Shown here piece by piece: positions 20,775-29,781 of a DNA stretch of 64,000 nucleotides (the first letter of the stretch is position 1; every line of letters starts with the position of its first letter). The notes under the pieces were generated by a model. The model did no database searches. It was not told the DNA's origin and saw only the letters and a list, made by a program, of their open reading frames with translations. Made by a program: the position numbers and the translations under genes. The stretch is from an uncultured Candidatus Saccharibacteria bacterium (GTDB lineage: Bacteria > Patescibacteriota > Minisyncoccia > UBA6257 > UBA9933), in assembly GCA_964642155.1 (NCBI GenBank), contig CAZXNT010000003.1, forward strand, positions 899-64,898, read 5' to 3'.

Positions 20775-20894
20775 AATTTATGTTAATAAATCCGCTCATT
20801 GGCGGACTTTAATAATTAAATTATATGATAATTAAAGAACGAAAGTCAATAACTCGCTCCTTAGAAAATAAAAAATATTTTTGAACAAAATTTC

Positions 20895-20993
20895 GTTTAA
20901 CGTATCGGGATAAAAGAAGTTTTGCGGAGTGAAACGAAATAAAATTTGGGAAAAATGCGAGCTGAGCATTTTTCCGCATACTCGGTGTTAGGC
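20895..20993 (-). other. attC-like recombination site
   Basis: Minus strand GCCTAAC...GTTAAAC with internal dyad; GCCTAAC complements core GTTAGGC at 21731-21737. Confidence 0.5.
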
Positions 20994-21129
20994 GTCCCGA
21001 AGTTCCGCCTTCCTTAATGTAATTTTAATTAAAAAAGGCGGAACGAGAGCGCAGCGTGGCTTGAATAATAAAAAGCCTTTTAATTTATATTCCTTATGAA
21101 AAAATTTCGGCAATTTATTTAGAATTACA

Positions 21130-21675
21130 TTATTCTTCTCTGATTTTTTTCAGTTTCTCTTGCATTTTTTTAGGATCTTTTTTGTATTCTTCCATTCTAT
21201 ATAACCTTATTTTATTATGATCCTCCTTGGCTTCTGAGAAAATGTTTTCTACGCCAAACTCTTTGAAAATCTGTTGCATAATTTTTTCGCAACTTTCATC
21301 AACTGGCCTCCATGGCGTGCGATCAAGCACAGGATAGAATCCATAGGCAATTTTTTTAAAATCTTCTGGCGTTATTATTTCTTTGCTATTTCTGATTAAG
21401 TCAAATATGCCAGCAGATGATGGACAATTTTCAAGTCCAGAGTTTTTCATTTTTTCTATTCTTTTATCTAATTCACTTTCAAATAATTCCCTCTTTGTTC
21501 CTTTTCCTTCAAATAATTTCTGTCTTCTTTCTGCATCTTCATGCTTAGTTATGCCTGCCATTTTTTTAGCTTCCTTTAGCTCTTTGGGAGTTTTAATTTC
21601 CAAATTATCCTCTTCGTAGGCAGGATGATTTTTCCATTGGTTTTCTATACTCATAGTTTTTTGTGAGCCGGTCAT
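21130..21675 (-). CDS. Hypothetical charged protein (cassette cargo); start uncertain
   Basis: Open ORF flanked by a perfect 25-bp inverted repeat (21064-21088 / 21704-21728). Confidence 0.65.
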   Translation of the reverse strand: MTGSQKTMSIENQWKNHPAYEEDNLEIKTPKELKEAKKMAGITKHEDAERRQKLFEGKGTKRELFESELDKRIEKMKNSGLENCPSSAGIFDLIRNSKEIITPEDFKKIAYGFYPVLDRTPWRPVDESCEKIMQQIFKEFGVENIFSEAKEDHNKIRLYRMEEYKKDPKKMQEKLKKIREE

Positions 21676-21852
21676 AAAATAAATTGCCAAAATTTATAAA
21701 AAAATAAATTAAAAGGCTTTTTATTATTACGCCTAACTCGTTATTATACGACGTGTTTGATGTATAATATGCGCATTGTTGTATATTATACGAAATTATA
21801 ATATTATCGACCCATATTACATTTTATTAAATTATAACGAAATTTTATAAAT

Positions 21853-22581
21853 TTACAAGAGCTTGTTTTTTCTCTGCCATTCATCTATTTTTTTATGATT
21901 TCCGGACAAAAGGATTTTTGGAACTTTATATTTTTTTCCGCCAGCTGGCGGATAAACAAATACTTCCGGCCTGGTGTAAACGGGCAAACCGACGCCATGC
22001 CGCTTTTCTTCCAAAGATTCCTGCTTGCCCAAAACGCCGGAAATCTGGCGCGAAACAGAATCAATTAAAATCATTGCTGGAAGTTCACCGCCGGTTAAAA
22101 CATATGGCCCGACAGATATTTCCTGAATCTTAAATCCTAAATCCAAAATAACTTTTTTAACTCGGGCGTCTATTCCTTCATAACGACCGCAAATTAAAAT
22201 AAGGTTGTCATATTTTTCAGATAATTGCTTCGCAATTTTATTGTCAAATTGTTTGCCTACCGGCGAAAATAAAATTACTTTAATTCTGTTAATTCTCAAA
22301 TTCTCAAGAATTTGAGAATTAACATCTATTTTTTTCTTAATTTTCAAAATCGAACTTATCGCTTTTATCAAAGGTTCAATTTTAAAAACCATTCCCGGTC
22401 CTCCGCCAAAAGGCCTGTCATCAACTTTGCGATGCTTATCTTTGGTAAAATCGCGCAAATTATGAATTTCAATTTGAATAAGTTTATTTTTTTGCGCCCG
22501 CTTCAAAATAGACTCGTTTAAATATGATCCGTCTTTGGCGGAAAAAATTTTCGGAAAAATTGTGATGATGTCAAATTTCAT
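21853..22581 (-). CDS. trmD: tRNA (guanine37-N1)-methyltransferase
   Basis: VDDRPFGGGPGMV, CGRYEGIDAR, YVLTGGE, LLSGNH; three palindromic insertions. Confidence 0.95.
   Translation of the reverse strand: MKFDIITIFPKIFSAKDGSYLNESILKRAQKNKLIQIEIHNLRDFTKDKHRKVDDRPFGGGPGMVFKIEPLIKAISSILKIKKKIDVNSQILENLRINRIKVILFSPVGKQFDNKIAKQLSEKYDNLILICGRYEGIDARVKKVILDLGFKIQEISVGPYVLTGGELPAMILIDSVSRQISGVLGKQESLEEKRHGVGLPVYTRPEVFVYPPAGGKKYKVPKILLSGNHKKIDEWQRKNKLL
22287..22324. repeat. Orphan palindrome of family B/C inside trmD
   Basis: TGTTAATTCTCAAATTCT-CA-AGAATTTGAGAATTAACA, perfect 18-bp arms. Confidence 0.9.
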
Positions 22582-22952
22582 AAAATCATTTGTAAGAATT
22601 AATTGCGTTATTTACAATATTCTCGGACAAATTATTTTTCAGAAGCAGAATAATTTTGTTCCAGCGGCACCCCGCTAAGCGGGGCTTCGCCCTCGGGCTG
22701 GCATCCAGCCAATTTAATACTTCATTTTAATCTCAAATTCCTGTTATTTCAACGATAGTTGAAATAACAGGAATTGTCGAAATTGAAAAATTTGATTGAA
22801 AGATATTAAAAATTCTTTTATTCTATCTATAAACTGGCTGGAATCAAGCTGCCAACCCTGCGGGATGTTCCGAAAAACAATTTGTCCGAGATATAAAGAT
22901 AAAATCAGGCGTAAAATCTTTTTTATAGCCAACTTGTCTGGGTAGGGGGAAA

Positions 22953-23059
22953 TAGCAAAAACAAAATTATTTCTGAAACCTTAACGGAAGCGCAGCCCAG
23001 CACATAACTTGTTATGTGCTGGGCGTGAGCGGGTTGAAGAAATAATTTTGTATTTGCTG
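22953..23059. repeat. Structured dispersed repeat, copy 2
   Basis: Same core as 5585-5681 with different apical and closing stems. Confidence 0.8.
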
Positions 23060-23171
23060 TTCATGCGGCGAAAAAAGATTTTACGCTTGATGTAAATAAC
23101 GCTCGAGATTCTTACATATATAGTAAACCAAAAATCCCGCCATTGAAAGCGGGATTTTCATTTTACTAAAT

Positions 23172-23471
23172 TTATATACCATCCGTAGGTCTGTTAAATG
23201 ACGGCCTTGGTCCTCTTGTTGAACCCTCCGGCTCAATAATCTTCAAATTGACGCGGGCATTGTTTTTGATGCCAACGATTTTGAGAAGTGAGCGGATGGA
23301 TTGCGCAGTGGCTCCTCCTTTGCCAATAATTTGCGCCATATCCGTGGCATTAACTTTGAGAGTTAAAAGCACCCCCATTTCATCAACCTTGCGTTCAACT
23401 TTTACTTCATCCGGATGGTCAACGATTGATTGTATAAGAAATTCAAGGAATTTCTGGTCTTTTGCTTCCAT
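23172..23471 (-). CDS. khpA: KH-domain RNA-binding protein
   Basis: IVDHPDEVKV, IIGKGG..A; between rpsP and trmD. Confidence 0.85.
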   Translation of the reverse strand: MEAKDQKFLEFLIQSIVDHPDEVKVERKVDEMGVLLTLKVNATDMAQIIGKGGATAQSIRSLLKIVGIKNNARVNLKIIEPEGSTRGPRPSFNRPTDGI

Positions 23472-23543
23472 GCTATTAAAATTCTTTCTTTATTTCTTTT
23501 TTTCTTTTTTTCGACCTTTCTTTAACATCCTGCAATTTTAAAT

Positions 23544-23828
23544 CTATTTGGCTTCTTCCGTCTTTTTCTTTTTATGGACAGCTATTTTTTTACTCTCAAT
23601 CACGCCCGCTTTTACCAATAAATTATGAATACTGGCTGTTGGCTGAGCGCCGGTTTTCAACCTATACGCTATTCTTTCTTTTTTAATTTCAAATTTTTTT
23701 GAAATGGGATCGTACCAGCCCAAATCCTCAACGCAATCCCCGCCCATTTTTGAGCGTTTTTCAGCCACAATAATCCGATAACTCGGCTGATGCTTTTTCC
23801 CTATTCTTTTTAATTTAATGGCTAACAT
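23544..23828 (-). CDS. rpsP: 30S ribosomal protein S16
   Basis: IKLKRIGKKHQPSYRIIV, GAQPT. Confidence 0.95.
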   Translation of the reverse strand: MLAIKLKRIGKKHQPSYRIIVAEKRSKMGGDCVEDLGWYDPISKKFEIKKERIAYRLKTGAQPTASIHNLLVKAGVIESKKIAVHKKKKTEEAK

Positions 23829-23854
23829 AGAATATAGCTTTTAGCTTATAGTTT

Positions 23855-26062
23855 TTAACTTTTAGTGTCAAGCTTCAACGATAATAACTTTGACGTGCCG
23901 TCGTCGTTCATTGTGACGCCGTATAAAACATCGGCCACTTCCATTACCGCCCGATTGTGGGTAACGATGATAAATTGCGTGTCTCCGGAAAAATCTTTAA
24001 CAAGATTGGCGAACATTTGGGAATTTTTTTCGTCTAAAGGCGCGTCAATTTCGTCCAAAACCAAAAACGGCGGCGGACTAACGGAAATTAAAGCGAAAAG
24101 CGCGGCGATGGAAACCAAACTTTTTTCTCCTCCGGAAAGCATCTCCACTCCGGTAATTTTTTTTCCGGGCAAATTCAAATCAATTTCAACGCCAATTTTT
24201 TCTTCCTGTTCTTGTTCATCATTTTGATTTTCACTATTGTTTTCGTCTTCGCCGTTTTTGATTTTTGAGATTTGATTTTTGATTTTAAGCTTAGCGTGTC
24301 CTCCTTTGAACATCAATCTGAAAAAATGGTCGAATTTTTCGTTTATCGCGCGAAAAGCGTTTAAAAATTCTTTATGAATCCGCTCTTTCAAGTCCTTGAT
24401 TAAAATTTTCAAATCATCTGTCGCTTTTTCCAAATCATTAATCTGACCGGATAAAAAATTATAATGTTTTTCCGTTTCTTCGGCTTCTTTTATCAAGGAT
24501 TGGTCTATTTCGCCGATACTCGCCAATTCTCCGCGCAAACGAAGCATTTTTCGCTCCGCCTCATAAATATTCACCTCTTCGGGGTCAATATTAAAGCCTT
24601 GCGGAGGCAATAATCTAAATTCGTTTATTGACCGGCCGATTTGCTCCAACTGCGCCTCTAAATCACTTAATTTCATATCAAGTTTTTCTCGCTCAAAAAT
24701 CATCTGCTGTTTCTTATTTTCCAGCAATCTTATTTCATCGCGTTTGGCATCCATCGCTTCAAACGCTTTTTGAAATTGCTTATTAAAATCCTGCAAGCCA
24801 GCGGTAATTTCCGCTTCCATTTTTTCAACTTGTTTTAAATCGGTTTCAATCAAAACGATTTCTTTAAGCAAATCGTTTTTTATTTTAATAATGTCTTCCA
24901 ATTCTTTGGATTTTGAAAAATCAGCCGGTTTATTGTTTTTGGAATCGGAGAAAAAAACGCCTATCTTTTCCACAACGCTTTTAATGACGGCCGCGACTTC
25001 TTTCATATTTTCAAAAACAATATCATCAAGAGATTTTTTTATTTCCTTGACCAGTCGCGCTAATTCATCTCCGTTAAAAGACAATTCTTCCTTTTTTTCT
25101 TTTTCGCCGTGAAAAGAAATATCGCCGAGAATTTCCGCTTTTGCCTCCAAACGGCTTAATTCTTTTTGGATTTTAAGATGTTTACTTGATAATTCATTTT
25201 TACGGGTTTTAACGGAATCAAAATTGCCGCCTTCGGATTTTTCTTCCAATTTTCTAACATTGCTTTCCAAAATTTTTAATTCCGCGATTTTCTCCGCAAT
25301 AATTTTGGCCGTTTCTTCCAATTCCGGCTCTAATTTTTGTTTATCTTTTTCTATTCCGCTTAATTTTAAAGAAAAATATCCGTCTTCAAGATTTTTCAAT
25401 TCGGTTTCCAATTGCGCTCTTTTTTCCCATTTGACAGTCTGGCGTTTCAACATTCTTAAGCGCGGCAAAACTTCTTCAACCATCGCTTTCACTCTTTCAA
25501 GATTGATATTGGTATTATTCAGTTTTCTTTCCGCTTCTGATTTTTTGATCTGAAATTCGCGAAGACCAAGAACTTCTTCAATCATTATTCTTCTTTCTTC
25601 GGGACTCACGCGGACAAACAAATCGCTGGAACCCTGATTAATTATCGCAAGTCCTTTTGTGCCAAGCCGCGCCCGAGCGAAAAAATCAACAATATCTTTT
25701 AACCTCACTTCCGATTTATTGAGAAAATATTGGGAAGCGCCGTCGCGCGCCACGCGCCGGACAATGGAAATTTCAGGAAATTCTTCATCAACCAATTTGG
25801 AATTATTTTCAAAATTAAGAGAAACTTGCGCCATTCCCGCCCGGCTTTTTTTCGACGTACCGGCAAAAATCAAATTTTCAATTTTATCGCCCCTTAAATT
25901 TTTAGCTTCCCGTTCTCCAAAAATCCAGCGAATAGCGTCAATAATATTGCTTTTGCCGCTTCCGTTCGGACCGACAATCGCGGTAATCCCTTTTGGAAAT
26001 TCCAAAACCGCCTTTGAAGCGAATGATTTAAATCCGTTAAGTTCCAATGATTTAAGAAACAT
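23855..26062 (-). CDS. smc: Short SMC-family ATPase
   Basis: GFKSF, GPNGSGKSN, LSGGEK, LDEIDAPLD, VTHN; 735 aa. Confidence 0.85.
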   Translation of the reverse strand: MFLKSLELNGFKSFASKAVLEFPKGITAIVGPNGSGKSNIIDAIRWIFGEREAKNLRGDKIENLIFAGTSKKSRAGMAQVSLNFENNSKLVDEEFPEISIVRRVARDGASQYFLNKSEVRLKDIVDFFARARLGTKGLAIINQGSSDLFVRVSPEERRIMIEEVLGLREFQIKKSEAERKLNNTNINLERVKAMVEEVLPRLRMLKRQTVKWEKRAQLETELKNLEDGYFSLKLSGIEKDKQKLEPELEETAKIIAEKIAELKILESNVRKLEEKSEGGNFDSVKTRKNELSSKHLKIQKELSRLEAKAEILGDISFHGEKEKKEELSFNGDELARLVKEIKKSLDDIVFENMKEVAAVIKSVVEKIGVFFSDSKNNKPADFSKSKELEDIIKIKNDLLKEIVLIETDLKQVEKMEAEITAGLQDFNKQFQKAFEAMDAKRDEIRLLENKKQQMIFEREKLDMKLSDLEAQLEQIGRSINEFRLLPPQGFNIDPEEVNIYEAERKMLRLRGELASIGEIDQSLIKEAEETEKHYNFLSGQINDLEKATDDLKILIKDLKERIHKEFLNAFRAINEKFDHFFRLMFKGGHAKLKIKNQISKIKNGEDENNSENQNDEQEQEEKIGVEIDLNLPGKKITGVEMLSGGEKSLVSIAALFALISVSPPPFLVLDEIDAPLDEKNSQMFANLVKDFSGDTQFIIVTHNRAVMEVADVLYGVTMNDDGTSKLLSLKLDTKS

Positions 26063-26735
26063 ATTTCAGGGCATTCTTCGCTGCTTCCACTTCCGCTTCC
26101 TGTTTTGAAGAGCCTTTGCCTTCGGCAATTAATTTATCGCCGCAATAAACGCCCACCGTAAAAATCTTGGCATGGTCCGGCCCCTTTTCGGATAAAACTT
26201 CGTAAACGGGCGTGGTTTTTGATTTCTCCTGAATTATTTCCTGAAACAAACTTTTCGGGTCCTCGTAAAGCTTGTTTTTCATCACTTCATCAAGATGATT
26301 GATAACCGTTTTTTCAATAAAATTTTTCGCTATCGCGTATCCGGCGTCAAGATAAATCGCGCCCAAAAGCGCTTCAAAAACATTCGCCAAAATAACTTCT
26401 CGCGCCTTGCCCGTGTCTTTCGCTTCTCCGCGCGAAAGCAAAATGAAATTATCCAATTCCGTTTCTTTGGCGACAATCGCAAGCATCTGGTAATTAACCA
26501 AAGCCGCCCGAATACTCGTAAGGTCGCCTTCCGGCAAATCAGGAAATCTGTTAAAAAGTCCTTCGGTCGTTGCCAATTCCAAAACCGCGTCCCCTAAAAA
26601 TTCCAAACGCTCATTATGCGGCACCCCCCATTTGGGATTTTCATTCAAATAAGAACGATGAGTTAAAGCTTCTTTAAGAAAATCCTTATTTTTGAAAACA
26701 ACGCCGATTTTATTTTCTAATTTTGTAAAATCCAC
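26052..26735 (-). CDS. rnc: Ribonuclease III
   Basis: HNERLEFLGDAVL; dsRBD G.SKQEAE. Confidence 0.96.
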   Translation of the reverse strand: MDFTKLENKIGVVFKNKDFLKEALTHRSYLNENPKWGVPHNERLEFLGDAVLELATTEGLFNRFPDLPEGDLTSIRAALVNYQMLAIVAKETELDNFILLSRGEAKDTGKAREVILANVFEALLGAIYLDAGYAIAKNFIEKTVINHLDEVMKNKLYEDPKSLFQEIIQEKSKTTPVYEVLSEKGPDHAKIFTVGVYCGDKLIAEGKGSSKQEAEVEAAKNALKYVS

Positions 26736-26811
26736 CCGAGTTAGTAATTAGGAAATAATAATCAATAACTAGGGTTTAAAAAATCATTCCCTGGTTACTA
26801 GTTACTAATTT

Positions 26812-27237
26812 CTAGTTGCTAGTTCCTATTTGTTTATACACCGTCCCCAACACTCCGTTTATGAATTTTGAAGAATTCGGGCCGCTGTAATTTTTTGCTA
26901 ATTCTATCGCTTCGTTAATCGCCACTTTCTCCGGCACTTCTTTTTTATCCGCGTATAAAAGTTCGTAAAGCCCGATACGCAAAACATTCCTGTCAACTAT
27001 GGAAATCTGGCTCAACGGCCATTCCGGAGCGGCTTTTTCAATAATTTTATCAAGAGCGTCCAAATGTTCAATAACTCCCTTAATAATTCGCCAAGCGAAA
27101 TCCGGCTCATCAACGCCACTGCCAAATTCATTAAGATTCCGTTCAACAATTTTATTTAAATCCTCTTTTTTATTGTAAAAATCCCACTCGTAAAGAGATT
27201 GAAGAACAATACTTCTTATCAAGTGCCGAGTGGCCAT
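26812..27237 (-). CDS. nusB: Transcription antitermination factor NusB
   Basis: [25 protein letters not shown]. Confidence 0.95.
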   Translation of the reverse strand: MATRHLIRSIVLQSLYEWDFYNKKEDLNKIVERNLNEFGSGVDEPDFAWRIIKGVIEHLDALDKIIEKAAPEWPLSQISIVDRNVLRIGLYELLYADKKEVPEKVAINEAIELAKNYSGPNSSKFINGVLGTVYKQIGTSN

Positions 27238-27431
27238 TATTTTTTAACTCTAATTTTCGGGACTTTTACAACCTTGCCTTTATAGCTTCCACAACTTGCG
27301 CAAATTTTATGCGGTCTGTTCGGCGCCTGACAATTCTGGCAAGCAAAAATCTGACTCGGTTTTAAAGCTAAGTGCGACCGCCTGCGGCCAACTTTAGATT
27401 TAGTATGATGTTTTACCGATACGCCACCCAT
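27237..27431 (-). CDS. rpmF: 50S ribosomal protein L32
   Basis: RRRSH, CxxC...H.IC..CGSYKG. Confidence 0.9.
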   Translation of the reverse strand: MGGVSVKHHTKSKVGRRRSHLALKPSQIFACQNCQAPNRPHKICASCGSYKGKVVKVPKIRVKK

Positions 27432-27470
27432 AGTTTAATCAGTTTAATTTTAAAATTTCAAAAAGTCAAC

Positions 27471-27893
27471 TTAAACGCCGGTGCTACCGAATCCGTTTTC
27501 TCCTCTTTGGCTTTCATTTAATTCAGAAACTATTTCAATTCGCGGCTGTTCAATTTTTTGGATAAGCATTTGGGCGATTTTAGAATTCTTTTTCACAATA
27601 AAATCTTCTTGCCCCAAATTTATTAAAACAACTTTTATTTCTCCGCGATAACCCGCGTCAATCACGCCAGCCATTGTTTTAACGCCATTTTTAACGGCCA
27701 AGCCGCTTTTATCCCAAACCAATCCGACATATCCTTCGGGGATTTACATTTTAACGCCGGTTCTTATTGCTTTTCTTTCCATTGGCTTCAAAACAATGTC
27801 TTCAACCGAATAAAAATCAAGCCCCGCGTCGCCCTTCGTCGCGTAATTAGGAACCGTTGCGTCTGAATCAATTTTTAAAATTTTAATTTTCAT
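27471..27893 (-). pseudogene. dut: dUTPase with in-frame TAA at codon 50 (27744-27746)
   Basis: Reads MKIKILK...GDAGLDF...TGVKM*IPEGYVGLVWDKSGLA...GVIDAGYRGE...RGENGFGSTG in one frame. Confidence 0.85.
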
Positions 27894-27942
27894 AAAAATA
27901 TTTTATAGAAAAAATAAGGGACTAACAACTATTAATTTCCAT

Positions 27943-29016
27943 TTAATTTTGAACATTTAACAATTTTTGTTTAAGTTTATGCGTATTTCCGTATTTTAAC
28001 AACCCCAAATAAGAATTAATTGATTCTATTTTCGCGTCTGCGGTTATTTTTCTAAACATTCTTCTCTTTGTAGTTGTTCTCAAAACCCTATTATGCGGAA
28101 AATTTACCCAACCGAGAAAATCGACGCCCGAATCGAACGTTTTTATGGAAACCTTATCAGGATGAAGCGAGAGTTTTAATTGTATTTCTAAAAATTTGGA
28201 TATTTTAGAGATAAGATTTTCCAAATAATTTTTATTTTCCGAAAAAATTACAAAGTCGTCGGCATAACGGATATAATAACGAATTTTTAATTCTCTTTTA
28301 ATAAAATGATCAAATTTATTCATATAAACATTTACAAAAAGCTGGCTAGTGAGATTGCCAAGCGGAAGTCCGACACCAATTTTTCCTTCGGTATTAAAAC
28401 TATCTATAATCTGCGAAAGAAGCCATAAAATATCTTTATCCTTAATATGTTTCACCAAAATATTTTTTAATATTTCGTGGTCAATACTCGCAAAAAACTT
28501 TCTGATGTCGCATTTTAAAATCCAACATGTTTTGGTGTTGTTTTCGTTTGTAATACGCGCTAATTTTCTGAATCTGTTAATCGCCTTGTGTGTACCTTTT
28601 CTTAATCGGCAAGAAAAAGAGTCCGCTATGAATTTTTTGTCAAAATACGGATATAAAATACTATAAATAGCGCGATGAACAAGCCGGTCGCGAACACTTG
28701 CTTTATGAATATCTCTCGGTTTCGGGTCGTTAATTTTAAACGCTTCGTACCCTCCGTGTTGATACGATTTTCCCGCCAATTCCCGATGAAGCGATAAAAT
28801 ATTATCCAAAAAATGCAACGAAAATTCCGCCACATCTTTTCATTTTCTTTTCCCGCGCAAAAACTCCCGCCACGATACAAGTAAATTCTCCAAAGATATG
28901 ATATTATTAAAAGTATGACGAAGCCGTCTTACTCTCTCTCTCTCTCTCTCGGGAACGCATCCATCCTTCAGCGAATCAAAGAGGGATACTTGATTTGGGT
29001 TAATATTGTTCCGCAT
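27943..29016 (-). pseudogene. DGR reverse transcriptase with in-frame TGA at 28840-28842; 296-aa ORF from GTG 28833
   Basis: IISLENLL..W.EF..GKRK*KDVAEF, RDRLVH, DIRKFF.SI.H, GLPLGNLTSQ, RYADD, DFLG. Confidence 0.9.
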
Positions 29017-29313
29017 ATTCAAAGAAGTAGTCGCTACACAATCGGCGCGCGAATTGAAAATAAGTTTCTTGATTTGCTGGAATTGTCATATATCGCCTAT
29101 TTTACGGAAAAAGAAAGGAAAATTGAAGAGATTAAAAAATGTATTTTAACTCTTGATACTCTCAAATTTTTAATCTCCATTGCTTGGGAAGCGAAAATCA
29201 TTTCCAATAAACAGTATGAAGAAGTCGCAGTTAAACTGAATGAAATCGGAAAAATGTTCGGCGGATGGAAAAACAGCTTAAAAAATCCGGAAAAGAAAAA
29301 CCGCGCTTTGTAA
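28915..29313 (+). CDS. avd: DGR accessory variability determinant (Avd-like four-helix bundle)
   Basis: RYTIG.RIE, LD.LK.L, I..KQY, L.EIGKM.GGW; between TR and RT. Confidence 0.85.
   Translation: MTKPSYSLSLSLGNASILQRIKEGYLIWVNIVPHIQRSSRYTIGARIENKFLDLLELSYIAYFTEKERKIEEIKKCILTLDTLKFLISIAWEAKIISNKQYEEVAVKLNEIGKMFGGWKNSLKNPEKKNRAL
28932..28950. repeat. (CT)9C microsatellite inside both avd and the RT N-terminus
   Basis: CTCTCTCTCTCTCTCTCTC; reads SLSLSL (+) and ERERER (-). Confidence 0.95.
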
Positions 29314-29329
29314 ACGCGGAAAAGGATTG

Positions 29330-29465
29330 ACTTTCGGAGACGGAAAACGAACTTGTTGTTGTCATTCCACCTGTTCGAGGGCTTGGCATTGTTGTCGTTA
29401 AGCCACAAGCCATCATCATTCCTGTTGAGGTTGAACACGTTCGGATTGCCATCGCGGGCGGTTAT
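29330..29465 (-). repeat. DGR template repeat (TR)
   Basis: Ungapped 136-bp match to 29793-29928; AAY-rich; all 23 mismatches at TR adenines. Confidence 0.97.
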
Positions 29466-29781
29466 GTATGCCACGCCATCCAAACCACTGCCTATTTAGT
29501 CCGTTAAAACGGAAGAAATTGGGCTGTATTTTACTCGGCATCTTCAATGCCCCAGCGCCGCACACTAAGTTAATTTCTTTTTTTAGACAAAATATACACC
29601 ACTCTGTAAGAAGCCGTAACCGCTTACATTCTCGATTTATACTTGCCAGAAAGGTTTCAAAAAGCCGTAGCCGTTTAATACAACCAATCCGTAATAATTG
29701 TATCAAAAAAATCGGAAAAAATTAAAAGAATCAAAGGATCTAAGTGTTAAAGAATCAAAAAATTATAAAAAAATAAAATTT

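Noticed and set aside
21787-21799. loxP or dif site (TATACGAAATTAT, 12/13 to a loxP arm)
   Set aside because: No matching inverted second arm at the right spacing; kept only as part of the attI-like region
27943-28833. Group II intron or retron RT
   Set aside because: No maturase or endonuclease domain and no VTG motif; GxxxSQ motif, avd and the TR/VR pair identify a DGR
28840-28842. TGA recoded as Gly (code 25)
   Set aside because: Other long genes have no internal TGA, TGA ends genes such as tmk and 62976-63260, and the other interruptions are TAA
29097-29725. ORFs 29097-29483, 29231-29452, 29416-29706 and 29468-29725 as genes
   Set aside because: They are open frames over the TR, its leader and antisense avd; similarity to the target is explained by the TR
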